From: Lingula anatina
Taxonomy: Eukaryota > Animalia > Brachiopoda
NCBI GenBank assembly: GCA_051362555.1
Contig: CM120649.1
Span: 15,266,567-15,330,566, forward strand
Reading direction: 5' to 3'
Length of the DNA: 64,000 nucleotides
Of the stretch, positions 61,905 through 64,000 are shown piece by piece. The notes under the pieces are model-generated. The model saw only the letters and a list, made by a program, of their open reading frames with translations. It was not told the origin of the DNA and ran no database searches. The translations under genes were made by a program, and so were the position numbers. Numbering within the stretch: the stretch's first letter is position 1; every line of letters starts with the position of its first letter.

Positions 61905-62584
61905 ATGGCAGAAAACGACGATCAGAGTCCGTTAGACTTGTCTCCCCCTGAGACAAGCGCTAGCCCTCAAAGTGAGCCCAACATGTCTGAAAGTCGTCAA
62001 TTAACAGATTCAGGATTCGATCAGGCAGATTTCCAACAAGGAAATAAGGGCGATGACTTTCCCTCACGAGAGGATTTAGCGTTTGTATATAAGGATTTGT
62101 CACCTTTTACGAACATACACCGTGCAACGCCAAGTGATCCCGAAAAGATTCATATGACAGGCACGCATATGGTGAGTAAGCCAATTAATTGTGACAGGAG
62201 TGGGAGAAGGGTCCCCTAACACCTCGGTTGTTTTCTAATTGAAAATGGTGGTTTTAAGTTTGGTACGCGATATACTGTACATTGACACGAAACGTTGATG
62301 TAATAGAAATCCATTGCCTTTGGTTGTGTTTGTGTGAAATTAAAAGTTTTTCTGGTCCGAAGTAATCGTGATTTGCTGGGGAACACAGCTGGTCCCGAGG
62401 ACAAGACTGAGCGTCCGTGTATCAGGGAGTCCACCCTTCATTTAATGACATGGATTAAGGCTTACCTGTGCAAATGAATGGGGACCCCGAACTGTCTATC
62501 ATGGGGACTCTCTGTCGCGTCACACCGGGTGACAAAACCTGTTCAATTTATTTGTGGTAATCATTATGGTTATTATCATAATTG

Positions 62585-62618
<34 letters not shown>

Positions 62619-64000
62619 TATTATTATTATTATTATTTATTTATTTATTTTTTATCTGCATGCTTCTCCCCTACTAAAGTTTTATACAGTATACGTGTAG
62701 GTGTGCCTTTCTGATCCTGAAAGATTTTCATGTATAATGAATAACTATAATCCATGTCTGTGTCGAAACAGGCCACACCTTAACCGAAATACATGTAAGC
62801 CTTTCGTAACGCTGCGTCCAAGTTTACCCTTTAAATGTAAACTCCAAAGCTTACAGCAGCATTTCAATATACAACAAAAAGTATACAGATATAAAAGGGA
62901 AAATTAAAAAAAATCAATTGATCCCTCGATTAGACATTGACGGAAAGTTTCCATTGTTGTATACATACAGATGCATTACTCATGAATTCCTCAGTTACAG
63001 GGTATGTGTGCCGCGGAAAAGTGCTTTTCAACAGCAGAAGAAGTCTGCCTGGACTGCTACGCCAGTTTTATTCCCAAACTTTGCAATAAGTGTTTCAGAC
63101 AGCGGCACCCAATACACGCCAAAAACAGTACGCTATCAATCAACGCGTTCTTTAACATCGCCCAGAAAACTGCAAAGGAAAGAAATGCAGTGGATACGAG
63201 ATCAGAGGCTGCTGAAGTATATGAATACATTTGCTACAAAGCAGTTGTCTTTATTTCCTTCTGTGAAAGAGTTGCCACAGTGATGTGTACTCAATGCTTT
63301 GATGCCGCCGCTCTACTCTTGTGCTACAGATGTGACCAGAGGATGCACACAAGTGACAGTTCTGGTCATATTAGGGTTCCCTTGAGTCATCTGAACCAGG
63401 CAGGGTCACCAGAAGAGCTGGCTGTACACACAGACATTGCATTGCAAAATAAATGTGTTGGCTGTAATTCCCTGGCGGATATGATGTGTCTTGGTTGTGA
63501 ACAGAAGTTTTGCTTCAAACTTTGTAGCAGACATGTTGGCACATTTCATAGAAACATGCGATCATCATTTCACTATAGGATCAAGTTGTCAGACGGGACA
63601 AGAATACAGTCACGTGTAAACTGTCACCCCGAAACACGCATTTGTCAGTGCAGGGAGAGAGGACGCTGTAAAGCTGTGGCTTCATTGGTGTGTTTAGATT
63701 GCTCTTTCCCTCACGGTTTATTAGTTTGTCAGACCTGTGATGATTTTGTGCACGGTGCTAGGTTGTCCAAGTTGCCATGCCACAAAAGAATTCCAGTACA
63801 ACAAGGGACAACAGAAGAGCAAAATGTGTCATTTCATAGTAACCTTCACCAAGGTGACTTTGGTATACTTGTTAACAACGAGGAGGACAACAGCGGTGCA
63901 ACGCTATCAGCACGCAGCGTTGATGCACATACGATGACGGACGCTGTTGACAGCACATACTTTGACACCGACGCGAACTCGGAAACAGAAATGGAAGACG
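61905..64000 (+). CDS. Multi-B-box zinc-finger protein, copy C (runs off the right edge)
   Basis: Exon 1 61905-62171 (MAENDDQSPLDLSPPET..., GTGAG donor, phase 0). Exon 2 starts at 63001 after TTACAG and stays open to 64000 with four B-box-like units. It is missing from the ORF track because no stop codon lies in the window. Confidence 0.85.

Overview
AT-rich, microsatellite-rich invertebrate animal DNA (mollusc/lophotrochozoan-like; taxon is inference only). The left half (about 1-33.2 kb) holds three spliced housekeeping genes whose exons I could read by hand: MOSPD1 (-, 3274-5813) head-to-head with ZRSR2 (+, 6942-13541), and TFDP1/Dp (-, 17579-33081). MOSPD1 intron 1 contains a complete 323-bp miniature LTR retroelement (TRIM) with identical 132-bp LTRs that each carry a tRNA-like gene, plus a PBS, a PPT and a 4-bp TSD (Helenus-like). 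The right half (about 37-64 kb) is a mosaic of segmental duplications. It carries a tandem family of two-exon genes encoding up to five B-box-like zinc fingers and a C-terminal CCDC106-like domain: one intact gene, one open gene running off the window, one pseudogene and two orphan fragments. The upstream modules of this cluster repeatedly contain NF-kappaB-type sites next to a GTCCGATCGGAC palindrome. Also present: an Academ-like element with long TIRs holding a decayed Tc1 transposase, a CACTA/EnSpm-like non-autonomous element and several MITEs. Homology calls come from recalled protein motifs, not from searches.
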